From the NCBI RefSeq assembly GCF_037042905.1, contig NC_087247.1, positions 34,472,001 to 34,536,000 of the forward strand: a stretch of 64,000 nucleotides of DNA, read 5' to 3'. The notes under the pieces are model-generated. The model did no database searches and was not told the origin of the DNA. It worked only from the letters and a program-made list of their open reading frames with translations. The position numbers were made by a program, and so were the translations under genes. Positions within the stretch are counted from its first letter, which is position 1, and each line of letters starts with the position of its first letter. This document shows positions 24,769 through 37,900 of the stretch, one piece after another. The stretch comes from Lytechinus pictus (lineage: Eukaryota).

Positions 24769-25959
24769 TGTATCTGAGAAATGGGGCATTTACATGTATG
24801 ATACAATGATTTTTTTTAATTAATAACTTGTTTTACCTGTTACAGACATCGTGGCTAATTGTAATATTCACAGGAACTCTGACCTTTGTCATCAAAATGA
24901 TTTGTTTGAAAGTGAAAGGAGAAAAAAGAAAACAAAGAATGCTGACATTTTAAAAGAATCACCTATGTGGCCAATTTAAAGTCCATGTGGGCATACCGGT
25001 AGTTATTAAAACTTTCACAGCTTTCAAAAATCTTAACTCTTTGCCTGCCACAAACTGAATCATTCCTATGCCACATTAATTTCAAGATGCAACCTTAAGA
25101 GGTGTTTTGCATGAGCTATGCTAATTCAGCTCACAATAGCTTTTTTATTGGTCTATTGTTAAGAAAAGCTTTGTGTGTACACCGTACAATGCGTTGCACA
25201 TACCACTTTTGTGTATTTGTGTATGAACAATAGATGTAATGCACTCTGTGTGCATTGTTAATAGAATGTGACTTGAGTTCAACTTGGCTATCTGCTGTAT
25301 GTGACTCTAGTCGAACAAAGTGGGCAAAGAGTGAACCTCCTTTTTTATTCTTTTTTATTCAATTTTACTTATCTACTTCTCTGATTTTTCCCCCCTTTAA
25401 AAAAATTTCCATGTTTGGATATGCCTCTGACATATGTGTTGGTAAGGGTGTAGACAAAGAATACAGCTGAGCAACTAGCCATTCATTAGCCTTGTCATTG
25501 GAAGGTCAGGGCAACCTTGACATGAACATGCAGCTATGTCTACAGAAAGCAAAACTTTTTTGAAAAATGGGATAGTTGTTTTGATTGAGATTCTTGCCAC
25601 AGCTAATTGCTCTGTCCTCTGCTTTTTTGTTTCCTGTCATGCTGCTAACCTCACAAAGGGTTTTGGGAAAAAAAAGGTTTTCACTCCCAAATAAAGATGG
25701 TTTCTGTCAAATTTCTACAATAAAATCATACCAACCTATTTTGCCCAGAAAAAGTTTAGAGGGTGGTGCATGCAGCACCCCTGCTTTGCAGGACCATGCC
25801 TCACAAGAGAGCAGTGGTGGATCAAGGTGAAAAATTGTGAATGGGCAAGGACTGAAATTGCATCCACTTCCAAACTCTGAAACTGGGAAAAAAACAATTG
25901 GTATCATAATCATCATTAGTAGCCAAGCCATCATACAGTCCCTCAAGCATTCAAGAAAT

Positions 25960-26080
25960 TTCTTTGAAAAGGGCACCCAATCACCTCACCTGGGTTGAGT
26001 GCTGCACAATGTGGGTAAATTTCTTGCTGAAGGAAAACGGGCCATGGTTGGGAATCGAGCCTGAGTCCCTCAGATTGATA
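25960..26080 (-). mobile_element. tRNA-derived SINE remnant, same family as 22170
   Basis: tcacctcacctgggttgagtgctgcacaat…ttcttgctgaagg…gggaatcgagcc is the reverse complement of the SINE body and box B. Confidence 0.65.
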
Positions 26081-26134
26081 CATTACTTTGTTTTGATGGT
26101 CTGTTTCATCCTAATCATGTTTATGGATCGATCC

Positions 26135-26434
26135 ATACGTCATATTATACAATTAGTATTTGCCTATAAGTCTACTTTTGTCTAGTACTAGCTATTCCAT
26201 CTTTCCCATCAGAAGAATCATTAACATTAATGGTGAATCAATACCCAAACACAGAAAAGGTCACTGCAAGTTAGCATTCAAGCAATACGTCATATTATAC
26301 AATTAGTATTTGCCTATAAGTCTACTTTTGTCTAGTACTAGCTATTCCATCTTTCCCATCAGAAGAATCATTAACATTAATGGTGAATCAATACCCAAAC
26401 ACAGAAAAGGTCACTGCAAGTTAGCATTCAAGCA
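26135..26434. repeat. Perfect 150-bp tandem duplication
   Basis: 26135-26284 is repeated at 26285-26434. Confidence 0.95.
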
Positions 26435-28268
26435 ATTTTCATCCACTCTAATTCTTCCTCATTTCAAGTCACTGAACAGTAGACTTTTGAGATGTCAAAA
26501 CACACCTCTCCCTGCATTAATTGTTTGAAGAAGTTTATTTAAATGACAGATAAATATCACTTGCATGCAACTTTTGGAAAGTTTGACTCTCAGAATTTTC
26601 ATCATTGGCTGACTTTGATGTCCCAAATCAAGCCCTTTATTGCATTTTGTTCATATTGAGGTGGTTTCCTTATAAATGAGTGTTTTCATACAAGATCTTG
26701 ATTTATTCCCAACAATTTTGTAGGTTTTCATGAAAAGAAAATCACAGTTATGATTATTCTGAATATGATGACAACTGTCATTCAATATCACTCAGGAACC
26801 AATGAAATTTAGGTTTCCATGCACCATTGCAGTTAGAATGAATGGCCTTGTTAATGATGTCAAAGAACAAGATATAAACAATAGTATGTTTATAGATTTT
26901 CAAATATGACATAACATAACATCCTTATCTGATACTAATGATGTTGATGTTAAAGCATTGAGATAGAAGATCTGTTTTTACCTCTCTGGTTTAGGGTACT
27001 GAGTAGAAAATATTGCCAACAGACATACCTATGATTCAAAAGCAGAAGAATCATTTACTAGTATTCAGATTTAACTTGAGATTAATCAGCTCTCAAATAA
27101 TTGTTTAAATGTTTCTATTTCTAGAAAAATGTACTAATCTACGAGTTTCTGATATTTCATTGTACTTGTCTGATATATGTAAGATCATGTTTCCATGAGT
27201 ATTTTATTGTACTTGTCAGAATTTCGAAAAATTATCTCTATTATATTATGCTTTTTTGCCTGGTCCATGCATTTATATTGAGACTATGTACAGATATTGT
27301 AAATTACAGATATTGTATGCCCAGGCAGGGACTTGGCAACAATAATGTGCATAAACGATCATATTTAAATTGTCTACCACCATTTATGGGAATAAAAGAA
27401 TTTTGATCAAATTTTTTATTCAGGTTTGCTTGTATTGTTTGTCTGTCCATGGGCCCATTTATTAAAAAATCCCCATACAATTGCAGTAGCTTTTGCCATA
27501 AGTGTATGACCATAAAGAGAAAGCAACCAATCAAAATGAAAGTTTCCTTGGTAGTTTTACCATAACGTCTAAATTTTAATTTTAAGTCAAGTTCATGAAA
27601 AAAGTTTAAGAAAGAGGTGCGCTTAAACTCATCCAAAGAATACTGGTTTCGGATAGTTTCTTTAAATCAGTATTTTGAAAAATTAATCTCTCAATTTTGC
27701 ATGATTTGGTCCCTCGTACTTATTTGTCATTAATAATAATTATAATGTACTTGCTGAAAAAAGAAGGCTGTGCGATATACAATAGCATGACTAAATATTT
27801 GGCATTCTCTTGTAGGCATACACGGACATGAAAGACCAAATAATTCTTATTTAGAATTCAATAACTTAATGTTTCATCTGAACTTTATGAAATATTGAGC
27901 TGCTTGTCGGACTTAACTCATTCTTTTCAAATAATTGTTCCATTGTGATATCAAGATTGCATCAGAACTAAACAAAATAAAATGACAGGGGTTTTAAGTC
28001 TTAACTACATTGCTGTAATTAGATATTTATACAGATTCAAAGTTCATTGATTCAAATCTACATGTATATTCATTGGATTCTAATTTTCACAGAATTAGAT
28101 TCAAGAGGTGAAATTATCTAATATCACAGAACGGTATCATATATGGTATATAGGGGGTGCATGGTGAAACATTGGGGCAAGGAAGATCACTCCCTGTGAT
28201 ATTCAGGTAGTAAAAAGAGAGGAGTAAGAAAGGAGAGTATAAAATAGAGATTAATTAAGAGGTAATAG

Positions 28269-28746
28269 AGGGAAGGTTCACCCTTACAAATTATTTTTTT
28301 TTAATGCCCTTAAAAATTATTTAAAAAAATTGATAAAGGTTTGAGAAAAATCCATCAAAGATTAAGATAGTTATTCATAAATTGTAAGTTTTTGATTTGT
28401 GACGTCGTATATAAGCAGCTGCCCTATTGTTATGTAATATAAAATGCATAAATTTCAATTATTTCCTGATTCATGATGACTAGAATTTGTATCTTTCAAG
28501 AGCTAGCCGGTGTGAAATTTGTTGATATATCATTGGAGGTACAATAGAACCCATTTTCATATTTTAGAGAAAATGACATTTCATTGATTTTTTTAATTTC
28601 ACAAAACATGGGAAGCTGCTCGTATATGACGTCACAAATCAAAAATTAAAATTCTAATAACTTTTTTTAATCTTTACCAATATTTTTTATTATTTTTTCT
28701 GCTATTTTTACAATAAACTTTCTATCAGGATAAACTTCCCCTTTAA
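28269..28746. mobile_element. TTAA/AGG-type (Kolobok-like) MITE, degenerate
   Basis: agggaaggttcaccct…caggataaacttccccttTAA with internal inverted atttgtgacgtc/gacgtcacaaat. Confidence 0.55.
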
Positions 28747-28814
28747 CTATTATCTCCCTGTTAATAATACATTGAGGGAGAAAAAAAACGCCCTCTAGCT
28801 CTACGTTCGTTGGA

Positions 28815-28845
28815 TTTAATTTGCGCGAAGATTGAATTCGCGACG
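28815..28845 (+). promoter_or_regulatory. Putative Zwilch core promoter with E2F/CDE-like sites
   Basis: TTTGCGCGAAGATTGAATTCGCG ~110 nt upstream of ATG 28948; CpG-rich stretch continues into intron 1 (29040-29330). Confidence 0.5.
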
Positions 28846-28947
28846 AGATCATACCAGTACCAAGGAGATACTGCCCTCCATTAAAAAAGACGACAGAATT
28901 AATCATTTTTCCTACAATACAGTGCAGCTCAAGACAGGCAAATAATT

Positions 28948-28994
28948 ATGGATTCCGTACAAGATTTGGAGTTACTGAATGAGAACATGAAGAG
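28948..28994 (+). CDS. ZWILCH: Zwilch exon 1 (start)
   Basis: MDSVQDLELLNENMK+AG|GTGAAT; phase 2 matches the exon at 32600. Confidence 0.7.
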
Positions 28995-31900
28995 GTGAAT
29001 ATTGATTGATTGTTGGGGTGAAGAAAAGCAGATCACTCACTGCACTCGTCTCGAGTGGAACATGGAGCGCTAGCGGTGTACAGCTGGCCTTACCGGAGGC
29101 GCGGCTGGGGCGGTGAGGGGCCAGGGGAAGACAGCCAGTCTTTGGGACTCCAGCTGGGCCTGGGGCCATGGCATGGGCTCCAACTCTGACTGTATATCAA
29201 TATGGCGTTGACCGTTGTTTTGGTTGGTTAGTAATAATAATGATAGATAGGGCCTGGTATGAAGGGAGGCCACATGCACCCATGGGTGCATCTCTGCCGC
29301 CGTGTAGTTACAGGAAAATTGAAGGCACGGCGCATTTCAACAATACTTATTAGGGCCTAGTATTTTCTCGATTTGTGAAAATGAAAAACGGCAAGAGTTG
29401 CCTGAGACTTTAATAGTGAGATTCGACCCCCCCCCCACTAAAGAAAAAAAAAATGAATATGGAGGAGGTTCAAAACTCAAACTTAAAGGGTAACGGGCCC
29501 AGAATTCGACATGGCAAACCTATGGCAGTGAGTGCAAACTTCGCATGTGTCCATACTTTGGATCTGGATCTGGATGTGTACACTGCTGGACCAATTGGTA
29601 TGAATGCAGCGGGTGAGAGAAGGCACGGTGATATTTAGTCGTATCGTAGGTAGCTCTTTTCGATCTTTGACTTGAACACCTCTAGTGATGTGCTGTTCAC
29701 TGTGTCAGGTGGGAGATGGTTCCAAGCCAGAGGGGTACTCACAAAAAAAGATTGTTTTAATTGTTCAGTGTTTGTTGATTGAATAGTGTAACCTTTATTG
29801 TGGTTCACTACTTGTCTTTCTAAGATATTCTGTGCTTGAAAGTCATTAAATTGTTTTGTTTTGACTTTCCGTTTTGGCCTTGTTTTAGTCAAGAAATTCT
29901 CAATAGGAAGGGCTGGGACCAACCCCTCGACCACCTTGAAGAAGGAAGATAACTTCAGGACTTGTCGTCTTGAGGATAGTGTTGGCAGATTTAGCTTTTC
30001 TCTCATGCTGGTGATGCTGCCTGGGTTGCGAGATGTGTAGTCACCTGTGATGAACCTCACAGCTCTGCGCGGAACCCTTTCAAGGCTTTGGATATCTTTC
30101 TGCAGGATCCCACACACAGGCTCTGTACTCGAGAATGGACCGTACAAGGGAGATGGAGGCTGTACGTTTACACTGCTCAGGGCAAAACTGGAGATTTCGG
30201 CGAAGAAGTCCCAGGATGGAATTTGCTTTTTTCGTTGTCATGCTGATGTGAGGGGTCCATTTAAGGTCATCAGACAGCATGACTCGAGGTACTTCTCTTG
30301 GGAAATGTGTTTGAGAATATGACCATTGATGTTATAGAAGTAGGATGACTTCTGATCAGTACTCAGTACTTGGCATTTCGTGGCATTGAATCTCATTCCC
30401 CATGTAATCGCCCATTGCTGCAGCTTGGACAGATCGTTTTGAAGACTGACATGATCCCGCTGCGACTTGATCGTTCTATATAAGAGACAGTCATCAGCGA
30501 AAAGGCGGACAGTAGACTTGACATTGTCTGCGGACGGTCATTATCTAAAAAACTAGCCAATATTCTTAAAATTTGACATCAACGTAAAAAGCGACCTCAA
30601 ATTACCCTTTGGGGTAAGTTTCTTTAGGATGAGTTCAGTATTCATGAAAATATTGACAAAAGATCTGGAAATTTGTCACCGTTAGCACCTGTTCCGAAGA
30701 AATCTGAAATCCTCAACAAGCACCAGGATATCATTTTGCAAGCAGATATCATAAACAAATGTGAGTTCAATGTGGTACTGACTGATTCTATATCATTTTG
30801 TCATCAATCTGATATAAAAATTTAATCTTTTGAGCTTGAGTTTTTGTTTAAATCTCCACAAAAACTTTGGTCCTTGAAGTTAGTTCACACCTTTCAGAAC
30901 GGTTTTTCCAGCACAGCGCACATTCGTCGATTGGAATAGAATTTTGGGATTGCGATACCGTAGAAACCCCTTGACCTACTTGACATTTTCCTGAATGATT
31001 TTATAGTTTACGATCTTGCCGTCAATGTGGTAACTATTTCTTGAATTGGTTTAAAAAAAAAAATATTTTGTAAACAAATTTAAGCCTGATGAATATTTTT
31101 GAAAAGTCCTCGAAGTTTGGACACCCCAACATACATGTATTTCACAAGCCAGCACAATCAGTCAACACACACAAATCACTGTATCATGGCACTCACTGTG
31201 CGAGGTTAGTATCACTCATTCAATGAACAAGGTTATGATATAAGTATTAGTATTAGAAATAGTATACTAGTACTATGGTAACGTCCCCCAAGACAGTCTG
31301 CACAGTCCTCCTTGTCTGTGCACACGCGTATCTGCGCAATTCTAGTAAAGGAAGATACACAACGACCACAAACTTTACACATATAATAAAGAGAAGGTAT
31401 TCATTAAGAAATCTGACTCAAAACAGTGGAAAAATAATAAAGTTTGGGCATTTATCTGACAACCTATTCAATACAGCTTTTCTCATCAAATCCCCAAATC
31501 GTGTTTTTAGTGAATGGGTGCGCAGACATGATGGGGCTCCAATTCTTTGTTGAATCTGAAAATGACTTGCCAGGGTTTTTTCCCTAGAAAATCATACAGG
31601 CCTATTTCAAATTTTTATGAAATTTTTGGCACACTTACTCAAAAGAATTCAAGAAACATTCAACTGATATTTTTTGTGAAATAAAAAGAAATTCATGTTT
31701 AATGTTAACTTAAATAATAAATTATGTTTTATTTTACCTTCAGTATATCAACAGACAAATTATTTCTCACCTGCTCCCAAAAGATTTTTTTTTAGCAATC
31801 ATGAATCATTAAAAATGGAAATTAAAGCATTTTATATTTGGGGCAGCTGGTTATATATAACATCACATCGAAAAGTTAAAATTCTAATAACATATAATCT

Positions 31901-34900
31901 TTGATGGATTTGCCTCAACCTTCACCAATATTTCTTTATTATTCATCAAACTTTTCTTCAAGATGAACTTTTCCTTTAATGACTGTTCGCAAATTTTGGA
32001 CACACTGCCATATTGTAGGGCAGTGGAACGTATTGCTTAACACTTTGTTAATTTTTGTTAATACAAGGCTGTTCGGTATAAATACAATCACTCATTACAT
32101 GTAGTCCTGTAGTGCTACTAGTACTAACGTTAGTAGATATAGATTACTAGTTACAGTATGCATGCAGATAATTAAAACCCAATAGGCTTCAGCTTTTTTT
32201 TAAGTTTACATCATGAGGAAAGCATTCCATATTTAGAAAGGTTTAATTTAAGATCTACACTTAAAACTAAAAAGAAATATAGATAGACAGTAGTTAAAAT
32301 CTAAATCTAGATCTAAATCTCATATAGATCTACATGTAAGTTAGGTCTTTTATTTAGACTCCAGACCTAAATAAAATAGTTATCAAGAAGTTTGAATGTG
32401 GGCATCAATGGAAAGACAAGACAAAATACAACCATATTACAAAAATTGTCAAGTAGACCATACTGGAGCTGAGGGATTCTTGCAGCTTTTCTATCATAAA
32501 GAAAAACAATGGTCTTCTGTAAAGCATTGTATCATGGTTATTTTTCTTTTTTTATGTCATTTATTTTCATTTTCTTTTTTTTCTCTCACTTTTTCACAGA
32601 CTCGCTCTTAATGAAGACTGTGAGATGAAAGGATATGGAAGTGAGATGTGGCTAATTAAAGCAGTGACTGTTGGGGAAACATTATTGAAAGACCTCTTTT
32701 GTTCTAGTAAACATAACAAGAGGATCGCCATGTTACAGAAACAGGAGAGACAAGTAAGAATTTGGATGTTCACCTCTCTTTTTTTTAAATGTAGAATAAG
32801 ATTACCTTCGAAAAAGCAGCTAGTACACCTCAGAACAGATTATTTTTATACACAGTAATGCATAAATTTCTGAGTGTTATCATTACTCATGGTTTTATTG
32901 TGGCAGCATCTTGTTTTAAATATCTCTTGTGAATTCGGACCTACACTATAACATTATCTATATATCGTAATAGAAAGGCACTTTGCAGTTGGAGAGTAAA
33001 TTCTAAGAAAGATTTTGATGTAATTATTACTATTAGGCAATATCAGAACAAGATACATGTATCACTTTCACTGTAACCAAACTCATGAATGCAGGCTTTT
33101 GGTCTGATGTGCCATCTTGCCCAATAATGCAAAATAAACAGTCTTTAATAGTCCACCTTGATCTCTAGAATTGCATTCTATTTCCCTTATTATTGCTGAA
33201 ATTCAAAATTATAGTCTTCATGAATGGATAAAAACTTGAGTTATGAATGATAATCCTGACCTGGTTCACAAATTCATAGTTTTTATTTTCTATGTAAAGA
33301 TTCCAGTCAAATGTCAGGATAGTTTTTTTTTTGTATTTTGAAGGACTGATGTTGCAGAGCAGTGTAGTTTGCTAAGTGTAACTGTGCATTCAACTTATTA
33401 GGATATGTGAGTTTCTTGTGTAAGTGTTTGTAACATCACTTAATTTTCTTCGAACCTTGCAAGGACTATATTAACTGTAGTTATAACCTAATTGACAAGT
33501 TAACTTGCTTACTGTCCCATTACAATTATTAAGGAAGACGCAAACACTAAACAGTGAATATCTTGTTTCAATCAATTTTCTTATTTCTCTATTTTCTTTA
33601 ACAGAATGATACCTCACAGCACAATGGTGACACATCTTATGAGTCTGAATTGGACGAATCTAAGAAAGAAATGAAAGATCCCAGTTCATGTAGTTTCCTG
33701 ATAGGAGATGACAAAGACAAACATCTCTTGTCAGTGGAAGATGCCAGGTAAGCTGCTTGGTGTTCGGTATATGGGTTTGTTTTCACAAAGCTAGATCACA
33801 GGCCTATAAAGGACTTCCGACAGTTTTGAGAAATAACCCCAAATGTTTGTTTGCACTGGAACTGTAACAAAAAAGGGCTACAATTATGTTTAAAACTGAT
33901 TGTAACTTGTCATTCATGGTTTTTCATGGACTTTTAGTTTTCCATTTTTGTGTATTAAAGCCTATTTGTACCTGTTACTTCTATGTTACTATATCCAAGG
34001 ATTAAACATAAAGAGAGGTAGGTTTAATATTCTTAATTAATTGTATCTTTTATGTTTCAGGGTATACATGTAGAGAACCAATTACATGAATAATTGCAAT
34101 CAAACTTAAAGCATTTTGGAGAGTTGATACAAATTGTTATAAGTTGTGTAAAATGCATTTGCTTTTAAACATAGTACATTTTTGTGATGGGCTTAATGCA
34201 GTCAAGAAAATCACAAGACGTTTATTCTCATTGGATATGGCTATTGTGTCTTTGAGATATATTTGCATGTGTGTACTATTATTTCTTTACCTTGTAATAT
34301 ATTATTTTACCATTACCAGGGGGTATTCTGATTTTAGTTGTTTGTTTGTTCAATGAGAAGTAAACATTTGATTTTTATTTCATTTTCAAACAGGAACATC
34401 CTGACAATGTACATGATGCTACACAGTCCCTTGGTACAGGCAAACAACCAAGTTGAAAGAGAGTCTCTTCTACCATTATGGATCCTGTGTGATGGGAAGG
34501 ATCCAGAAAGAACCAGTTTGATCGGGTGTGAATTGGCTCACACCGGTTCAAGTCAAGAGTTGGACAACAATCCATTCATCATTACCACTGTCTTATCAGA
34601 AGGTAATTTGAAATGTTATTTAATACTAAGTAAACTATATAATTATAAGTACCTTATATTTTGAGGTAACTTCCAGCTTGTAGATTGATTGCAATGTTGA
34701 CCTGTATATTGTATCCTCCCAAACTATTTTTTTTTTGGGGGGTGGGGGTGGGGCTGCAGGATATATGACAATAAATATTGAAATATTGTTTGAAACTTGA
34801 TAGATGATATTGGGTCTGCAATATGTCACTTCTCTCAATTTTGCAAACAATGGAGGTCTCTATATTGTGTTTCAGACAAGAACAACCCCTTGAAATGCTA

Positions 34901-37900
34901 TAAATTATTCCTCAGTAAGGTCATAAAATTTAGATATTTTTCTTTGTTACCCTAAGTTAACTTATCGGAATCCAAGAGAAAGGGTCATAAAAGATTCAAA
35001 CGTTCAAAATCATTTATCATGATATTACATCGAGTGATAATTGAACACCCAAATACCTACATGTAGACATACGCAATATCATGCAGCTATACCAGAACCA
35101 GACTATCTCCTTTTCCCAATGTTTCTCTGCCAGTTTTGATCTATTTGAATTTTAACTTTCCCTGGGGTTAAGTGTCATTTGATTTACCGGTACTCTCCTT
35201 CCTTATTCCAAGAGATTCTAATGTCTTATGATATGGATTTTTTTTTTTACTTTTCAATGCTATAACATTCCTAGCAGTATCACAATTATTATGATTAGGA
35301 AGCAGACTTATTAACCACAAGCATGGTACATTAGCAATCGTACTATAGACATTTGAATCTTTGAAATGTTGTTTTATACAGTTTACTTGGGACTGCAAAT
35401 TAAGGTCACATAAAAACAGGGTAGTACAACAGGTTTCTATTATGTAATCATTTGATTTTTTTCCTGAACAGGACCTGTTGCATAAAAGTTACCATTATAG
35501 TAACTTTACCATCCAATGGTAACTACCATGGTAACAATGCTCATCAGCCAATCAAAATCAAGGATTACATGGAAGATATCATTGAATGCCAAAGTTACCA
35601 TAATAGTAACTTTTATTTCTAGAAAGACAGATGAAAAAAAGTTTGTTTTTTTCATTTGTATACTGAACAGATCCCATTTCTAGCAAGTCAGATGTTCCAA
35701 CTTTACATCAGGTTCTTTTAGAGGCTCATGAAGACTCGGCATCAAAGGTTTGCATGAATATATCCACTTTATTAATAATGTTTGATTTAAAGACTCCAAT
35801 AATGTATAATCCCCCTGTTTGTATTTTTGTTCAGAAACTCAGATAAATGACAATTTATTTCCATAATGTCTTCTGATTATTTGTTATTCTATTTCATTTG
35901 ATGGCTTCATCATTAAGGTAGCAAACAATTAATTTTTGAACATCATGTGTTTTTATCATTTACCACATCAGTTTATATCAAGTCAAGGGTTTGCTCGGTA
36001 TGAAGTGGTTAGCCAGCTAACAGCGGATACAACTTTAGCCGAGATTAGCGAGTCTTCCTTCACAGCAGTAGAATGTACATGGAACCAAGTCAAGAAGATA
36101 CTGGAGAGACCACGTGATGCTTCCTGTAAAGTGGTGAATATATTACAAATTTGTTAATAGCTGAGGGCTGAGTAGTGACAGACCTTTTTCTCTCAGGATT
36201 CTGATGAATGCTGGTCTGAAACCGGCTATGACATTCAGGAATAGGAAAAATATCATTGGGATCTGGTTGCATTGGATAGATTCTGCCTTACTGGAATCCA
36301 TTATGTCATTGAACATGCTCAAACCCAAAATAAATCACCAGGCAAGGTTCGCTATAAGAAGCCAACTTCGTCTTCAAAAATTGAAATTTTGAAATTAAGT
36401 TTTTTTCTTAAATAGTAAATCTTCCTCTTCCTACTGTCAAAGCTGTAAAGTCTTGTTAACAAGACTGTTGAGTTTTATCATATCTTGCACAGAATGCACA
36501 TCCAGTCTTTAATTGAACTTAAACCCCATTCCCCCTTGATCTTGGAATCTCTCCCTGAAATTTCTCTATATTGAATTATATTTTTAGTTACCTTTTGATC
36601 AATTTTGACAAGTTATGCATGAGTTAACAGCTTTGGATCTGCCTTTTTAAACTGTTGTACACATTGAATAATTTATTTTAGACAACTTCTGGATTTTGAG
36701 CACGTTGATCACTTATTCTATCATGTGATATATCTTGTCCAAATTCTAACTATTCTGAAAAAACAGGGAAGCCACTACTAAGAAAGGGTCTAATAGTCTA
36801 GACCATCCCAAGGGATACTGTATTGTTTCAGCAATATTTTATTCTCCTTAACTTTTTTACTATTTTGAGATTAATGTTTTGTTGTCCCAGCATTGATATG
36901 TTATCAAACCTCATATGAGACAGAATACTTTAGTCATTATTGTGTCGTAAGTTTGAAAAACTGATTAATTTGGACTTTTTGAAGATTTTGAACAAATCTG
37001 TCCTATTGGCAGATACAAACCAGATGGTGCTATTGTGAGTAACAATACTTCTACTTTATGATTTACAAATAGATATATCCAATCCCATAACTCTATCTAT
37101 CTCTCTTTCATCATTTTTTCCAGCTGATATGCGCTGTGCCTGGTGACATGAGATTCACGCCCTTGGAAGTCTACAAAGAATTATGCTTATTAAAGGTATG
37201 TCTTGTCTGCTCTATTTAATACACCCTTTTAAAACATCTCGCTTAAAGGCCTCTCCTTTCTGTTTCCTTGACATTCCTTTGTTCAGGGAGGCGCAGCACT
37301 ATTTACGTGATAGCATTTTGACCAGTTACTATCTATTACTCATATGATGTTTGCACCAACATCATTTTTATTTATTTTTCAGATGTTTGCTGATAGCATA
37401 GAAACAGGAGAAGTAAACTGGATGACACGAGAGAAGACAAGCTCCATTCAAGATCTAATAACTAACTTCCTGGATGAGATCAAAGATGGACCCATTTATA
37501 AAGTAAGGTTCATTCCTAGTATGATTTGATGAATCATTAGTGTACAAAACTCATGCAGCTGCTAGCAGGTGCCATCGCATTTAATGCTTATTTCTCATTT
37601 GTCTACACATTGCATAGTTCATGATCTAGTCTTATCAATGTGATATTTACATTCATATTTTCTCAGATATTTATTTTATGAAATATAAATTCTATATAAT
37701 ATTTATCCATGTTATGAATAGATATTTATTTCTATCAATATGTGAATCCTGGCAAGTACATGTAGCTACTGGGCAATTTCATTGAAGATTTTTTTTTTAA
37801 TGTTTGACCCCTGCCCCTACATTCCTCAAATTCTTCTTCACTTCATGAGCTACCTTAGCCATGATAATTTTAAAGCACAACACTTGTTCAATACGAACCG

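Noticed and set aside
28972-29291. GC-rich minus-strand ORFs with a donor-like GTGAGT at ~29040, suggesting a divergent gene
   Set aside because: Better explained as the CpG-rich start of Zwilch intron 1; I found no downstream minus-strand exons.
30628-30760. Open stretch between tttag and gtgagt as an extra Zwilch exon
   Set aside because: Its open frame has phases (0 in, 1 out) that do not fit between exon 1 and exon 2 (phase 2), and it has no Zwilch similarity.
32396-32611. ORF MWASMERQ… as the Zwilch N-terminus
   Set aside because: Runs through the exon-2 polypyrimidine tract in a different frame and stops; no suitable donor.
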